DNA of 64,000 bases, taken from NCBI GenBank assembly GCA_049515895.1, contig JBEKTQ010000001.1:128001-192000 (forward strand), written 5' to 3'. The DNA comes from Candidatus Bathyarchaeia archaeon. Its GTDB lineage: Archaea > Thermoproteota > Bathyarchaeia > Bathyarchaeales > Bathycorpusculaceae. Under the pieces are notes generated by a model that worked only from the letters and a program-made list of their open reading frames with translations, was not told the DNA's origin and did not search any database. Of the stretch, positions 10,593 through 20,720 are shown piece by piece; the first letter of the stretch is position 1, and each line of letters opens with the position of its first letter. A program made the position numbers and the translations under genes.

Positions 10593-11096
10593 TTAATAGA
10601 TTGAGACTTTCGCTATTCCTGGAATCTTTAGAAGATCGGAAATTAACTCTCCCGGGATTTTTTTCTCCACTATGAGGGTGAGTTTTGGTTCAGGCGAAAG
10701 TTCTGGGTCATCCACTATTGCCTGTCTTATGCTTAATCCTGCTCTGTTTAGGATCATGGCGGCGTTTGCCAAGATTCCCGGAGACTTTGCGTTCACCGGA
10801 GTTATTTCTAAGACCCCTAGATTGAGATGTTTAGCTATTTCTTTAAGCGAATGCCCCGCTGGCCGCATTTCTTCAAAAATAAGTTTGAGTTCCGGATCGG
10901 ATTCTATTGAGCGTAATGTCTCGTTTACCGTTCGTCGGTCTACTCCTGCGGCTCTAGCGACGCGTACTGGCGGGATTTCGATTTGGTTCAGATATATTTT
11001 GTCGCTTTGAACGCTCAAACCGTTTTCTATTAACACGCGTGCTACTTTGAGTCGTTCGGGATAGTCTTGTAGTTGGTCTTTTATCATGTTCCACAT
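10593..11096 (-). CDS. trpY: TrpY-like HTH plus ACT tryptophan-responsive regulator
   Basis: VARAAGVDRRTV HTH, C-terminal ACT domain (PGILA...ISIRQ-like LSIRQAIVDDPE); divergent from trpB2 with TRP-box-like sites between them. Confidence 0.8.
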   Translation of the reverse strand: MWNMIKDQLQDYPERLKVARVLIENGLSVQSDKIYLNQIEIPPVRVARAAGVDRRTVNETLRSIESDPELKLIFEEMRPAGHSLKEIAKHLNLGVLEITPVNAKSPGILANAAMILNRAGLSIRQAIVDDPELSPEPKLTLIVEKKIPGELISDLLKIPGIAKVSIY

Positions 11097-11157
11097 TTTG
11101 TTTCGCTTGTGTATGTTTTTGTTCTTTTAAGTATAAATGGGTTGTTTGACTTCGTCG

Positions 11158-11209
11158 CTTAAACGTACATAATTGTACACAAAAGTTTTAAATAAAACTT
11201 AAACGTACA
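11158..11209. promoter_or_regulatory. TRP-box-like operator array and TATA region of the trpY/trpB2 divergent promoter
   Basis: CGTACA 11164-11169, TGTACA 11174-11179, CGTACA 11204-11209; CTTAAACGTACA repeated at 11158 and 11198; TTTAAATA inside palindrome AAGTTTTA-AA-TAAAACTT (11183-11200). Confidence 0.7.
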
Positions 11210-11242
11210 CTTCTCTGCTTTCAATTTAAAGGACGAAAAAAC

Positions 11243-12661
11243 ATGTCGACGCCGTTGAAAAAAATATTTCTGAAAGAAGAAGATATCCCAAGAAAATGGT
11301 ACAACATAGTTCCCGATTTGCCCAAGCCGCTTCCACCCTTTATTGATCCAGCCACGAAGCAGCCCGGAGTCGGGATTGTCCCACGAATTTTTCCCAAAGA
11401 AATCATCGGTCAAGAAATAAGCCAGGAGCGATGGATAGACATTCCTGACGAGGTGCGCGAAGTCTACCGTATCTGGCGTCCCTCGCCGCTTTTCAGAGCT
11501 CTCAACCTGGAAAAAGCGTTGAAAACACCCGCTAAAATTTACTACAAGTACGAAGGCGTCAGTCCGGCTGGAAGCCACAAACCCAACACCGCCGTGCCGC
11601 AAGCGTATTACAACATGAAGGAAGGCACCAAACGTCTGTCCACTGAAACAGGCGCAGGGCAGTGGGGTTCAGCTTTGGCTTTTGCTGCAATGATTTTCGG
11701 GCTTAAAGCCACGGTTTACATGGTGCGCGCAAGTTACGACCAGAAGCCGTACCGAAAGATAATGATGAAAGCTTTCGGCGCAGAATGTATCCCGAGCCCA
11801 AGCGCTAAGACGGAGGCAGGAAGAAAAATCCTTGCTGAAGACCCAGATAACAAAGGCAGCCTCGGCATAGCCATCAGCGAGGCAGTCGAGGATGCGCTTG
11901 TCAACGAAGAGGAAACAAACTATGCGATCGGCAGCGTCTTCAACCATGTTTGCTTGCATCAGACAGTCGAAGGTTTAGAAGCTAAAAAGCAGCTTGAGAT
12001 GGTCGACGATTACCCCGATGTGCTTTACGGCTGCATAGGCGGCGGCAGCAGCTTCTCTGGGCTCATGTGGCCATTCTACTATGACCAAGTTTCCAAGAAG
12101 GCACCCAAAGAAACCAAGTTTATCGCAACAGAAGCCACAGCCTGCCCCAAAGTTACCCGAGGACAGTACCAGTATGACCACGGCGACACCGCAAAACTCA
12201 CACCGCTCGTGCCCATGCATACCATAGGTCACGATTTTATTCCTGCACCCATACACGCAGGCGGACTCCGCTACCACGGCATCGCCCCAACCATAAGCGT
12301 CCTGGTCCAAGAAAAGAAGATGACGACCGAAGCGTTCAACCAGCTGGAAGTCTTCGACGCGGCGAAGCTTTTCATACAGACCGAAGGCATAATCCCAGCG
12401 CCTGAACCATCACACGCTATCAAGGGCGCCATCGACGAGGCTTTGCGTTGCAAGAAGACAGGCGAGGCAGAAACCATCCTGCTTGTGCTCTGCGGGCATG
12501 GCTACTTCGACATGGCAGCATACGACGAATACTTCAGCGGGAACCTGCTCCCCTACGAGTACCCTGCAGAGAAAGTTGAAGAGTCAATGGAGAAACTACG
12601 CAAACTGTACCCGTGGCTCGAGGAAGTCAATAAGAAATACATAAGCTGCGAAACCCTCTAA
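11243..12661 (+). CDS. trpB2: Tryptophan synthase beta chain, type 2 (TrpB2)
   Basis: [24 protein letters not shown] (PLP Lys), [22 protein letters not shown]. Confidence 0.95.
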   Translation: MSTPLKKIFLKEEDIPRKWYNIVPDLPKPLPPFIDPATKQPGVGIVPRIFPKEIIGQEISQERWIDIPDEVREVYRIWRPSPLFRALNLEKALKTPAKIYYKYEGVSPAGSHKPNTAVPQAYYNMKEGTKRLSTETGAGQWGSALAFAAMIFGLKATVYMVRASYDQKPYRKIMMKAFGAECIPSPSAKTEAGRKILAEDPDNKGSLGIAISEAVEDALVNEEETNYAIGSVFNHVCLHQTVEGLEAKKQLEMVDDYPDVLYGCIGGGSSFSGLMWPFYYDQVSKKAPKETKFIATEATACPKVTRGQYQYDHGDTAKLTPLVPMHTIGHDFIPAPIHAGGLRYHGIAPTISVLVQEKKMTTEAFNQLEVFDAAKLFIQTEGIIPAPEPSHAIKGAIDEALRCKKTGEAETILLVLCGHGYFDMAAYDEYFSGNLLPYEYPAEKVEESMEKLRKLYPWLEEVNKKYISCETL

Positions 12662-12820
12662 ACCCAACTCTTTCTCTTTTTTGTTTTTTTGGCATGGTTA
12701 ATCGTTTAGAACTGAGAAGGCTTGCGAGTTGATCGGCGCCGTGGAAAAGTCCGAGAATTTGTTCTTTGTGAAATGGGTTGCTTTCTTGGTTTGGGGCTTG
12801 GATTGGTCGCAGGTTGCGTC

Positions 12821-12890
12821 TAGAAATCTCCCTAAATCTCCCAAATTCTCCCAAAATCTCCCAAAATCTCCTTAAATCTCCCCAAAACCT
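12821..12890. repeat. Intergenic 10-bp-period tandem repeat (consensus CC(A/T)AAATCTC, about 6-7 copies)
   Basis: tagaaatctc cctaaatctc ccaaattctc ccaaaatctc ccaaaatctc cttaaatctc cccaaaacct. Confidence 0.85.
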
Positions 12891-12979
12891 CAAGTTCTAT
12901 TCCAGATTTATGGCAAGCAGGGAGTTCAACATAGGCATGTTTTTCTTTTCGTTCAAACAACCTAATACCAACTTAGAGG

Positions 12980-14122
12980 TTGACTTTGTCCGTTCCCGAG
13001 AAAAATCTGCCGAAAAAAAACGTGGGCTTCATCGTTAACCCAATTGCGGGAATGGGCGGTGCCGTAGGGCTAAAAGGAACAGACGGCAAAACCGTTCTAG
13101 CCAAAGCCATATCGCTAGGCGCAAAGCCGACAGCGTCGCAGCGGGCAGAAACTTTCCTCTTCGAGCTTGTTAACGTTAAGGAAAGTCTTCGATTGGTTGT
13201 TGGGGCAGAAAGTATGGGTGAAGCTGAAGCGAAGAAGTGCGGTTTCACTTGCAAAGTTGTGGGCGAAGGCAAAGAAGAAACCACGTCGAAGGATACGCAA
13301 ATCGCAGGCTATCAGATGGTAAAGGAAGGGGTTGATTTGCTAGTTTTCTGCGGCGGCGACGGAACAGCCCGCGACATTCATAAAGCCGTCGGCATGAAAG
13401 TTCCCGTACTCGGGGTTCCGACAGGCGTCAAAATGCACAGTGCCTTATTCGCGGTGACTCCTCAAGCAGCCGCAAGGGTTGCCGCCGAATACCTGTGGGG
13501 TGGGTTGCCTCTGCGTGAAGCTGAGGTGATGGATATTGACGAGGAAGCCTTCCGGAAAGGTCGTCTTTCCGCGGAACTCCACGGTTACATGCTCAGTCCG
13601 TATGAGCCCCATTTGATTCAGGGAAACAAACTTGAAAGCCCAATGACCGAAAATGAAGTACGCAACCAGGCAGCCATCGCGGTCTACATCATCGAAGAAA
13701 TGAAACCAGAAAATATTTACATCATCGGACCAGGCACAACAACCCGCACCATAAGCGACCTCTTAGACCAGAAAAAGACGCTTTTAGGAGTGGACCTTTT
13801 CCAAAACAAAAAAATAATCCTGCACGATGCAAACGAGAAACAAATACTCGAAGCCCTAAAAGGGAAAGCCGCGCAGATTATTGTGACGCCGATTGGAGGC
13901 CAAGGCTTCATTTTTGGAAGAGGAAACCAGCAGATAAGCGCCAATGTAATCCGCCAAGTAGGTCTGGACAACATTGTTGTGATCGCTTCCAAAAGCAAGC
14001 TGGATAGGCTGAAAAGTTTAAAGGTTGACACTGGCGATTCAGCCCTTGATGAAGAGTTTCGAGCCCGCGGAATTGGAGTTACAAAAGACTATAAGACCAC
14101 ACAAAAAATTGCAATCGAATAA
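12980..14122 (+). CDS. ATP-NAD kinase family protein (AcoX-like)
   Basis: GFIVNPIAGMGG..GLKGTDG, GGDGTARD, GVKMHS, GQGFIFGRGNQQ. Confidence 0.85.
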   Translation: MTLSVPEKNLPKKNVGFIVNPIAGMGGAVGLKGTDGKTVLAKAISLGAKPTASQRAETFLFELVNVKESLRLVVGAESMGEAEAKKCGFTCKVVGEGKEETTSKDTQIAGYQMVKEGVDLLVFCGGDGTARDIHKAVGMKVPVLGVPTGVKMHSALFAVTPQAAARVAAEYLWGGLPLREAEVMDIDEEAFRKGRLSAELHGYMLSPYEPHLIQGNKLESPMTENEVRNQAAIAVYIIEEMKPENIYIIGPGTTTRTISDLLDQKKTLLGVDLFQNKKIILHDANEKQILEALKGKAAQIIVTPIGGQGFIFGRGNQQISANVIRQVGLDNIVVIASKSKLDRLKSLKVDTGDSALDEEFRARGIGVTKDYKTTQKIAIE

Positions 14123-14246
14123 TTCTAAGGTCTACCCCTCCTAAACCTTGGTCGGTCCAGAGAAACCAATATCGCTTTAAATCATAATTTTGGATAATTG
14201 AAATATACCGCCAGCGATAAGTATCCGATGTTATGAGGCATTCACT

Positions 14247-15350
14247 TTGATACCTATTAACCAGCCACAAATAGGCGAAGAAGAAGTTCAAGCAGTAGTT
14301 AAAGTTCTTCGGAGCGGCATGTTAACAAGCGGGCTTGGCGCCGGTCCAGAGGTTACCCGTTTCGAGCAAGATTTCGCCAAATTTGCAGGCGTGAAACATG
14401 CTGTGGCGGTTAACACGGGCACCGCAGCTTTGCATTCGGCTATTATGGCTTGCGGCGTAAAGCTCGGTGATGAAGTTATTTTGCCCAGCTTCACATTTGT
14501 AGCCACTGCAGAAGCAATCGTCTTAGCGGGTGGGAAACCAGTTTTCGCAGACATTGACGCTGAAACCTACAATCTGTCACCCATCGCGGTGGAAAAGTCT
14601 ATAACAAGAAAAACTAAAGCGTTGCTGCCCGTGGACCTGTATGGCTTTTCAGCAGACATGAAACCCCTCAGGGAAATCGCTGAAAAGCATGGTTTAGCTC
14701 TAGTCGAGGACGCTGCCCAAGCACACGGGGCAACTTACGCCGGAAAACCTGCGGGAACCTTTGCTGACGTTGCTTGCTGGAGCCTGTACGCGAGTAAGAA
14801 CATGACCACCGGTGAGGGCGGTTTGATCACGACAGACAACGATCAAACTGAAGAGACGTTGCGGATGATTCGAACTCATGGAGAAAAAGCCAAATACGCT
14901 TCACTGATGCTTGGAAACAACTATCGCATGTCGGAAATGCAAGCTGCAATAGGGAATGTGCAATTACAGAAGCTGCCTTCTTTCTTGGCGAAACGTCGCC
15001 AAAACGCGCAGCAACTGACAAAACTTTTAGAGAAAAGTAGTAAGCTTATCCTGCCATACGAATCGGAAGACCGAAAGCATAGTTGGTACCTGTACACTGC
15101 CCGGCTCAAGGGCGGCACGGAGGCGGGCAGGAATAAGATTTTGGCGGGGCTCAAGAAGCAGGGAATCGGCGCCGAAGCCTACTACGTCAACCCGGTACAT
15201 TTGATGCCGTTTTATCGAGAGAACTTTGGAAGCGCGAAGCTGCCAGAAACGGATAAAGCGTCAACGCAGGTTCTCTCATTGCCCATTCACCCTGCAGTCA
15301 CGGCTGAACATGTTGATTGCATTGGGAAAACTCTTCTAAGCCTCTTGTAG
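14247..15350 (+). CDS. DegT/DnrJ/EryC1/StrS sugar aminotransferase
   Basis: AVNTGTAALH, PSFTFVATA, EDAAQAHGA, SLYASKNMTTGEGG, GNNYRM. Confidence 0.93.
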   Translation: MIPINQPQIGEEEVQAVVKVLRSGMLTSGLGAGPEVTRFEQDFAKFAGVKHAVAVNTGTAALHSAIMACGVKLGDEVILPSFTFVATAEAIVLAGGKPVFADIDAETYNLSPIAVEKSITRKTKALLPVDLYGFSADMKPLREIAEKHGLALVEDAAQAHGATYAGKPAGTFADVACWSLYASKNMTTGEGGLITTDNDQTEETLRMIRTHGEKAKYASLMLGNNYRMSEMQAAIGNVQLQKLPSFLAKRRQNAQQLTKLLEKSSKLILPYESEDRKHSWYLYTARLKGGTEAGRNKILAGLKKQGIGAEAYYVNPVHLMPFYRENFGSAKLPETDKASTQVLSLPIHPAVTAEHVDCIGKTLLSLL

Positions 15351-15477
15351 CTTGGTTTACGCTGAGTTTGTTTCGGTTTGTGCCGTCTCGGGTTAACTGT
15401 AAGAGTTAAATTGAACGTTGCATTATGGATAGCTGAACTTCAGGTTATTTGGATTTTGTTTATAGAGGCATGAGAAG

Positions 15478-15867
15478 TTGAGTAATGAATCGGCAGATGT
15501 TTCGCGGGTAAAAGTAAAGTTTGTAGTCGAGGGTTTAGGTCACGCGGAAGGTGAATTTGTTAGGTTTTTGGCGCCAAGAACAATTGATTACATAATCAGG
15601 AAACTTCCACTTGAAGGCAGAGCCGCCGTCTGGAAAGAAGAAGTTTACTTTGAAATCCCAATTAAGATGGGTGAAGAGAAAGCTAAGCCAACTGTGGAGC
15701 CTGGCACTATTGCGTTTTGGCCTATGGGCGGCGCCATATGCGTTTTCTACGGGACGTCTCAACCCTATAGTCCTGTTAGTACTCTTGGCAAGATAACAAA
15801 TAACTTGGACATTTTCAAGCAGGTCAAAAGCGGAATAACAATACGGCTTGAACTTTTAACTGCTTAA
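15478..15867 (+). CDS. Cyclophilin-like fold protein (DUF369/DUF3830-like)
   Basis: APRT..LPLEG..WKEEVYF, GTIAFWPMGGAICVFYG. Confidence 0.75.
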   Translation: MSNESADVSRVKVKFVVEGLGHAEGEFVRFLAPRTIDYIIRKLPLEGRAAVWKEEVYFEIPIKMGEEKAKPTVEPGTIAFWPMGGAICVFYGTSQPYSPVSTLGKITNNLDIFKQVKSGITIRLELLTA

Positions 15868-16346
15868 AATGCCAGTGAACTCTCTTTCCACATTTGCAGT
15901 AGTCTTTCGCACTCATCTTTGACGCTTTGGTCGTCACTTTTCTCGTTTAGAACCTTCAGGAACTCGACTCGTTTTGCGACAGAACGTTTCTCTGCGTTGC
16001 CACCATAGTAAAGTTCCCCTTCTAAGTATTCTTTCATGCTGAATGCTTTTTGCACAAATAGGCTAGCGGCGTCCACAGGGTTCTCGACGGCGAACTTGTT
16101 TGCCCAAATAGCTGCTTCCGTTTCCCGAAGTTGGGTTAAACCGTCAATTTCCATTATTCTTCGAATATAAGCCCTGAAAAAGTCAAAGTAACCCGCTGTC
16201 TTGATTAATTCAAGGACCTGGTTGCTTTTTTCTTTAAAATTAGCCGAGCCTTCAATTGCCAGTTTGTGTTTGTATCCTTGGTCGACTAGTTCCTTAGCGA
16301 TTTTCACTTCTTCCGCCGTGTAAACTCTTTCGGGAAACTCTGTCAA
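15864..16346 (-). CDS. Hypothetical protein
   Basis: 160-aa ORF with protein-like composition downstream of rps25e; no motif recognised. Confidence 0.7.
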   Translation of the reverse strand: MTEFPERVYTAEEVKIAKELVDQGYKHKLAIEGSANFKEKSNQVLELIKTAGYFDFFRAYIRRIMEIDGLTQLRETEAAIWANKFAVENPVDAASLFVQKAFSMKEYLEGELYYGGNAEKRSVAKRVEFLKVLNEKSDDQSVKDECERLLQMWKESSLAF

Positions 16347-16406
16347 AAGAAAACTAAACTCCCACTTTTTCGATTTAAGAAAATCAAAGGGATAAGTTCT
16401 ACAAGT

Positions 16407-16742
16407 TTATGCTGCAGGTTTGTAGATTTTGAGGTTATGGCTTCCGGAGACGAGCTGTATTGCGCCACATGTTTCAAGCTGTTCCAAAAAATCTTTTGCA
16501 GTGCTAATTCGGATGTTGTACCTTGTTGCGACCACATATGGTGTTAGAACACCCATCTTTTTGATTTCAGCGACGATTTTGTCGTTTTTAGCGTCTGGCG
16601 TCACGATGCTGGCGGCTTTTCGCTCTTTCGGAGGCCCCGCTTTTTCCTTTTTCTTCTCTTGCTTAGCTTCGTCTTGAGTGACCTGCTGCTTCTCCATCTG
16701 CTTTATGCCAAGTTTCTTTTTTCCACCCATGGATTTTTTCAC
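16407..16742 (-). CDS. rps25e: 30S ribosomal protein S25e (eS25)
   Basis: Lys-rich MGGKKK N-terminus, TPYVVATRYNIRISTAKDFL winged helix, KIY end. Confidence 0.88.
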   Translation of the reverse strand: MKKSMGGKKKLGIKQMEKQQVTQDEAKQEKKKEKAGPPKERKAASIVTPDAKNDKIVAEIKKMGVLTPYVVATRYNIRISTAKDFLEQLETCGAIQLVSGSHNLKIYKPAA

Positions 16743-16765
16743 CTTGATTTTTTTGTTCTCAACAT

Positions 16766-18274
16766 CTAGAATGGCTGGCTTATTTCAACTTTATGTCGCT
16801 CTTTCCATTCTTTGAGTGGAATGCCAAGTTTCTTTTCAACTTCGGCTCGGTGGATGGAATTCATTGTGCAGAATGGAATGATGCGTCCGTCTGGTACGGC
16901 GTAGTGGATTAGGCAGCGTTGCACTCTCTCAAGGTCAAAGTTGTACGGATCCATAAAATGCATCGATGAAAGAAGAATCGATTGTCTCTGCAAGTTACCC
17001 AGCGAGTCATAGTCGCCTTTAGTGACTACGCCTAAAACGTATTTCCTTAGGAACCCGAATTTTATGTAACGCATTGATCCGACTAAGCGTAGTTTGGCTT
17101 TGTTCTTGCTTCCCTTCGACGCTGTCTCGTAAACCTTGTTCATTACTCCTATGAACTTGTCTATGTTGCCGTATTTTGTGATTGGAACTATTTTGCCGTT
17201 TTCAATCAGAAGGTAAGTTGCCATGCCGCAGTGCGGGTGTGCGGTGAATTCTAAGTATCGTCTGTCCTTTAATGCTCCAACGGCTTTTGAAACTGGCACA
17301 ACCGTTGGGACTGGGTAGAAGTCTGAAACTTTGATTAATCCGTTTGTTTGTTCTTCGACGTTCTTCATGAAGTCGGGGATGGTGATTCGCATGCTTTCAC
17401 GTTGCTTTTGCGGTAGCCTTCCGCACAGGCTTACTGGTTGAACGTTTATGCATCTTACTATGTCGAAGTTTCTGGCGGCGAAATTGATTATGTCGCCAAT
17501 TTGTTGGTCATTTACGCCTTTAACAAGTGTGACGACAAGGACGATGCTGTCCCACCCTGCTGCACGAAGATTTTCGATCGCCTTCATTTTTGTTTCTAGC
17601 AGGTCCACACCGCGGATAAACTTGTAAACTTCAGGAGTTAACCCGTCGAACTGCAGATAAATGGTGCTGACTCCTGCCTCTTTGAGTTGTTTGCAATATT
17701 CTACGCTTTGCGAGAGTCGAAGCCCATTCGTATTGACTTCCACGTGGCTGAAACCAAGCTCTTTTGCTTTCCGAACAAAATCGAATAGTTCTTTACGTAT
17801 TGTTGGCTCTCCTCCTGAGAACTGGAGCGCCGTGGCTGCTACTGGCTTGTTTGCTCGAAGGTTTTCGAGCATGCCAATGATTTGCTCTTTGGTCGGTTCG
17901 TAAACGTAGCCTGCTGCTGCCGCGTTTGCGAAGCAGACTGGACAGGTTAGGTTGCACCTGTTTGTGACATCTATTATTGCAAGTGCCGTGTGAGATTTAT
18001 GCTCGGGGCAGATGCCGCAGTCGTATGGGCATCCGTTCTTTTTCTCGGTCCTTGGATTGGCCATGCCTTCGCCGTCGTAGCGGAATTTTTCTGCCCGCAT
18101 GTATTGGTCGTAGTCTGACCAGTAAAGTTCCTGGAAATGCCCATGTTCAGGGCAATCTTTCTTGATGAAGACTTTTTCGTCTTCTTCGTAGATGGTTGCG
18201 TCTATGGCCTTTAGGCATTCAGGGCAAATGCTTCTTGTCGGTTTGATATCTTTCATTTTTTTGCCTTCTAACAT
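16766..18274 (-). CDS. tes: Radical SAM tetraether lipid synthase (Tes/GDGT-MAS, MJ0619 family)
   Basis: N-terminal CPEC..CPEHG metal site, CPYDCGICPEH, CNLTCPVC radical SAM motif, C-terminal HPHCG, RCLIHY, IPFC. Confidence 0.85.
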   Translation of the reverse strand: MLEGKKMKDIKPTRSICPECLKAIDATIYEEDEKVFIKKDCPEHGHFQELYWSDYDQYMRAEKFRYDGEGMANPRTEKKNGCPYDCGICPEHKSHTALAIIDVTNRCNLTCPVCFANAAAAGYVYEPTKEQIIGMLENLRANKPVAATALQFSGGEPTIRKELFDFVRKAKELGFSHVEVNTNGLRLSQSVEYCKQLKEAGVSTIYLQFDGLTPEVYKFIRGVDLLETKMKAIENLRAAGWDSIVLVVTLVKGVNDQQIGDIINFAARNFDIVRCINVQPVSLCGRLPQKQRESMRITIPDFMKNVEEQTNGLIKVSDFYPVPTVVPVSKAVGALKDRRYLEFTAHPHCGMATYLLIENGKIVPITKYGNIDKFIGVMNKVYETASKGSKNKAKLRLVGSMRYIKFGFLRKYVLGVVTKGDYDSLGNLQRQSILLSSMHFMDPYNFDLERVQRCLIHYAVPDGRIIPFCTMNSIHRAEVEKKLGIPLKEWKERHKVEISQPF

Positions 18275-18343
18275 CTATGAGGTTGCGAAGTGCTTAAGAG
18301 CTAATGTGACGATAATAAGGTTTCCAAACGTTTCCTAAGGTGA

Positions 18344-19111
18344 TTGAGGGGAAAGACCATGTCGATTGACGAGAACACGCGCAGCGCCCTTCGAGAAATG
18401 GGTTTGAACGCCTACGAAATCGACGCTTATGCTACGCTTCTGGAAGTTGGGCAAATGACGGCTATGGAAATCAGTCGAGATGCTAAAGTCCCCTACAGCA
18501 AAATGTACGAGGTTCTAAACTCGCTCAAAGAAAAAGGTTGGATAAAAAGCAACGAAACCCGACCCTTCAAATATTATCCTGTGCCACCGCTCGAAGCAAC
18601 AAGGTCCACCAAGTTACGGTTGGAGGATAAGTATTTGAGTTGGGAAAACACCATCGCGGAAACTCTTCAACCCCTCTACGAAAAACGGGAACTCGTCGAG
18701 CGACCTGATATGCTCATTCTTCGAGGGCAACAAGCGGTGCTGAGCAAACTTGAAGAGGTTTTGGGCAAAGCAGCTAAAGAAGTTGTGATTGCAGCACCGG
18801 AATTTGCCAAACCCGTCATTGCTTTAGCTGAACCCTTGCTGGGAAGCGGTCTGAAGAAGACTGTTAACATTAAGCTTATGGCTGCAGGCAAAAAGGAAGA
18901 TTGGCTTTTCTTAAAGAAAATTTCTGCTTTAAACGAGTTGCGTATCCGCGACCATATGTTCGGCGGCGGCGTGATCGCTGATGGCAAAGAAGCCATGTTG
19001 TTTTTAGGCGAAGACAAGCCCACTCTCGTTATTTGGAGCAACCACGTAGGGCTAGTTGGATTCGCGCGTGAATACTTCCAGTTTCTCTGGGACTCCTCAG
19101 CAACCGCCTAG
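18344..19111 (+). CDS. TrmB family transcriptional regulator
   Basis: LREMGLNAYEIDAYATLL..A.EIS..AKVPYSKMYEVL.SL HTH plus PLD-like C-terminal domain; ATG at 18359 likely. Confidence 0.9.
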   Translation: MRGKTMSIDENTRSALREMGLNAYEIDAYATLLEVGQMTAMEISRDAKVPYSKMYEVLNSLKEKGWIKSNETRPFKYYPVPPLEATRSTKLRLEDKYLSWENTIAETLQPLYEKRELVERPDMLILRGQQAVLSKLEEVLGKAAKEVVIAAPEFAKPVIALAEPLLGSGLKKTVNIKLMAAGKKEDWLFLKKISALNELRIRDHMFGGGVIADGKEAMLFLGEDKPTLVIWSNHVGLVGFAREYFQFLWDSSATA

Positions 19112-19209
19112 ATTAACTTGCAAATTTAGAAAAACGCTTTGCTTGCTCCAAAACTTGATGCCGACAGCTTACAAAAAAAGAAGAAAGGAAGGAACTTGTT
19201 ATAAGGTTA

Positions 19210-19431
19210 TTATCTTTCCATGACTTTTCTTGCGGCTATCTCAATATCTTCCGCTTTGATGGTTTTTCTTCCAGCGTGCATCGCAAAATCCAGTGCTTCC
19301 TTGGCAATCTTTACTCCGATTTCTTCGAGAGCCTTCGCGAGTTCCTTTGCTGCTGCTTCACTTACTCTGTCAGCACCCGCTTTCTTGCATAAACGGTGCA
19401 TGGGGGCTACAGCTATTTCTAATTCTGTCAT
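19210..19431 (-). CDS. Archaeal histone (HMf family)
   Basis: [16 protein letters not shown]...[14 protein letters not shown] histone fold. Confidence 0.95.
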   Translation of the reverse strand: MTELEIAVAPMHRLCKKAGADRVSEAAAKELAKALEEIGVKIAKEALDFAMHAGRKTIKAEDIEIAARKVMER

Positions 19432-19565
19432 ATCGACTTCTCCACAGCCTCTTTTTCTTTTTAAAGCAATATTTAAGGTTAGCGCATCAAACTATGTGAA
19501 AAAAATTAAACATATTGCAAATAAAGAGCACAAAACCGTAAACTCTATTTTTAAAATAAGCAGAG

Positions 19566-19898
19566 GTGACTTATATGACTGTTGATTGGAAACTTAGCCA
19601 AGCAGAAGAGGTTTTCATTAATCTCTCTGAAGATTCAGAAATCACTAATTTCCTTAATCATCAAAAGAAAAGCACCAGAAACACTTACTCAGCTTACATG
19701 AGACGTCTGAAAGAATTTACTAATGAGACAGGTCAAGAAATCTTAGCAGAATTAACATACAAAAAGCAGTTTCAAGGCACGTTAGCAGAAAAAGCCATAG
19801 TTGAACTATTGCTCGATATCAGGGAGCAAAACGAGTCTAACAACGGAAAGAAGAAAGCTGCTATGTTAGTGGTTTTAAATAAGCTCAGAATGGGCTAA
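19566..19898 (+). pseudogene. Truncated tyrosine-integrase N-terminal (SAM-like) fragment fused to an unrelated tail
   Basis: ITNFLNHQKKSTRNTYSAYMRRLKEFT resembles the integrase N-terminal S-T-x-x-x-Y helix; no catalytic domain follows. Confidence 0.55.
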
Positions 19899-20143
19899 GT
19901 TTCCAGTTATAGTACGATGGTTTTATCACTTGATTTATCCATCGCGCTTAACCTTTGAGCAATACATAGCAGAAAGGGGATCAGTTTCCTCTGACATGCG
20001 CGCGCGATATGTAGTATAACAACAGATCGGCAGTTTAGTAAAATATCCTAAGTCTCTTTCTATACCTATTTGTTGTCGAGGCAATGTAGACCATATCCAT
20101 ATGCTTAAGTACCAAGTATAGAATAGTATCCTTAGGCTTTGAA

Positions 20144-20680
20144 ATGTCAAAAGTAGAGAAGAGAAAAGAAAAAAAGGACGAGCCTGACTCATTAATTAAT
20201 GCTACGGATAACACCATGGATAAAGATGCGCTAAGTAAACTTAGAGAAGAGTTATTCGCTGATATCATACCTGTGGAATCAATAAAGACTATAAGAAAAG
20301 GAAAAGAACCTAAATACTCTAATCTAGCAGCGGCTATAAAGCTAGTAGGTAAGATGTCAAGGAATGCCTACAGATTAAACCTTGAGAAAGTGTTCCAATT
20401 AGATAACTTTAGTAATCTAAATCCTAAAGAGAAGAAAGCATTGGTAAGAAAGGTCTATCCAATACTGGATCGATATTTAAAGGAGTTTGCAAGTACACAT
20501 GGCTATGATCTATCTAAGAAAGAAGTAAAGAAGACCAAACAAGGAAAAGAGATCCTCATTAAGGGAGTTAAGATGGCTACACTTCCAGAGTACGCTAAAT
20601 TCAAAAAAGAAACTATAAGTATGAGACTAGTTGGATCTGATATCTACCTAATTAAGCAGAGTGATATACCAATTGAATAG
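20144..20680 (+). CDS. Lys-rich hypothetical protein, possibly DNA-binding
   Basis: 178-aa basic ORF in the island; no family recognised. Confidence 0.65.
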   Translation: MSKVEKRKEKKDEPDSLINATDNTMDKDALSKLREELFADIIPVESIKTIRKGKEPKYSNLAAAIKLVGKMSRNAYRLNLEKVFQLDNFSNLNPKEKKALVRKVYPILDRYLKEFASTHGYDLSKKEVKKTKQGKEILIKGVKMATLPEYAKFKKETISMRLVGSDIYLIKQSDIPIE

Positions 20681-20720
20681 ATATATTAGATAGCTATCTT
20701 TTATATTACATGAACAGAGC

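Noticed and set aside
12821-12890. Possible CRISPR array
   Set aside because: 10-bp units with no spacers; no cas genes in the window.
12627-13038. ORFs of 86-88 aa spanning the 10-bp repeat
   Set aside because: Low-complexity translations produced by the repeat.
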